Below, one piece after another: positions 62,700 through 64,000 of a stretch of DNA of 64,000 nucleotides. The stretch is from Pristiophorus japonicus. Taxonomy: Eukaryota. The notes below the pieces were generated by a model, which saw only the letters and a list, made by a program, of their open reading frames with translations, searched no databases and was not told where the DNA came from. The translations under genes were made by a program, and so were the position numbers. How positions within the stretch are numbered: position 1 is the first letter of the stretch; every line of letters starts with the position of its first letter. The DNA is taken from the NCBI RefSeq assembly GCF_044704955.1, contig NW_027254589.1, positions 62,001-126,000 of the forward strand, in the 5' to 3' direction.

Positions 62700-62990
62700 C
62701 ATAGGCAGTCCCTCGAAGTGAGGATGACTTCTTCCACCCAAAAAAGGATGAGTTCACAGGTGTTTCAATGAAGGACCTAATATTCCAGATCCCGAACTAC
62801 ATCTTGAAGGGTGGAAGATGCCTGTGCGTGATTTTTTTAACGTGGTGGCCATTGCGCACCAGCCACCACACGGGCTTGACAGAGCTAGGATTAACCAAGA
62901 CGACTGGAGACCAGCTCTGCTGCACGGACCTAGTGCACACACATACCGCAGTGTGGACTAGCCCATGCTGAAGTAGAGACCATGTCAGCA
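62700..62990 (-). mobile_element. Short non-autonomous RTE-related element
   Basis: gcagtccctcgaagtgaggatgacttcttccac matches the RTE 3' end at 33923-33960. The remainder does not follow the RTE ORF. Confidence 0.6.
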
Positions 62991-63214
62991 TTTACGATTC
63001 AGTTAGATGGGTGAATGAACATAAGGAAAATACAGGGATATTGGAAAAAGGCAGGCACATGGGATTAGGACTGTACTGCTTGAGCGGAGGATAATCACAG
63101 ATTGGTTGTGCATGTACTGCCTGTTTCCATGTTGCATGTTCCAAATAGCGCCTTTCACAGCCACCAGAATTGCAAAAGTGCTTTACAGCCAATTAAGGAT
63201 TTTTAGAATGTAGT

Positions 63215-64000
63215 TGTTATGCTCATAATAAAGAATACTGTATGCAATGAGAAGTGTGACCTTAGCTCCCTTAATTAAACTCCAGAGTGTTGGTACAGCA
63301 TGGGAGGCCTGCTTATCTACAGTGCTGCCAAGGGATGTTGGGATCCCTTGGGACTCCAACAGGTAGGCCCTCTGCTGTTGGTGTGATACAGGTTGCCAAG
63401 GGTTATAAAAAACATAACATCACTCCCTCCCAAAGTCAATAGTACACTTATTTACAGGGAGAGACGATCTGGGGCTTTTCGCTCCCTTGTCTATTCTCTC
63501 GGTACAAATACAGGTGTGGGTGAGTTGATTGGCTCTTCACTGGGGTGCTGGGGATGGTGAGTTCAGCTTCATAGTCAACCGTGATATCGGTTGCCACTTG
63601 TGTGTGTTGGAGGGTTGAAGTTGGTGGTGTCCTCTTCGGGTTGCTTATGGCTGTTTGTGACTCGCAATTTGGTTTGGTCCAAATGCTTTCTGCACATTAG
63701 CCCATTGGCCAGTTTGACCCGAAACACGCTACTCCTTTCTTTGCCAGCAAGCCATTTTGGACCATGTCCATAGTGGAGTACAAATACAGCGTCATTGACT
63801 TCAATGTCGTGTGACAAGTTTGCGCGATCATGGTACATGCTTTGTTGATGCCGCCTGCCCTCGACGTGATCATGGAGATCAGGGCGGACAAGAGAGAGCC
63901 TTTTTTTGAATGCCCTTTTCATGAGCAGCTCGGCTGGGGGAACCCCGGGGAGCGAGTGAGGTCTGGTGCAATAGCTGAGCAGGACTCGGGACATGCGGGT
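63215..64000 (-). mobile_element. Gypsy element 3' end (LTR 63215-63419 and integrase C-terminus), continuing beyond the window
   Basis: ORF 63575..63994 (SRVLLSYCTRPHS..PAELLMKR). LTR is similar to 53226-53438. Confidence 0.93.

Overview
Repeat-dominated vertebrate DNA, most likely from a shark. The inference rests on the CR1, L2, RTE and Tx1 LINEs, tRNA-derived SINEs and short-LTR Gypsy elements present; the species cannot be determined from the sequence. The only host gene I can reconstruct is on the minus strand in the first 12-20 kb. It is an immunoglobulin-superfamily receptor with two germline-fused V-J exons (11278-11622 and 3383-3708), a transmembrane exon (3106-3240), two cytoplasmic exons with YxN motifs (2514-2587, 1122-1484) and a possible leader exon (19989-20079). 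There are no recombination signal sequences, so it looks like a non-rearranging antigen-receptor-like gene. Both V exons carry disabling lesions, so this copy is probably a pseudogene. The rest is nested transposons: five Gypsy copies plus a solo LTR, a Tx1-type LINE inserted into a SINE tRNA head, a 1.6-kb solo LTR, and three tandem arrays (33-bp, GA-composite, 67-bp). All coordinates and alignments were read by eye and no database searches were run.
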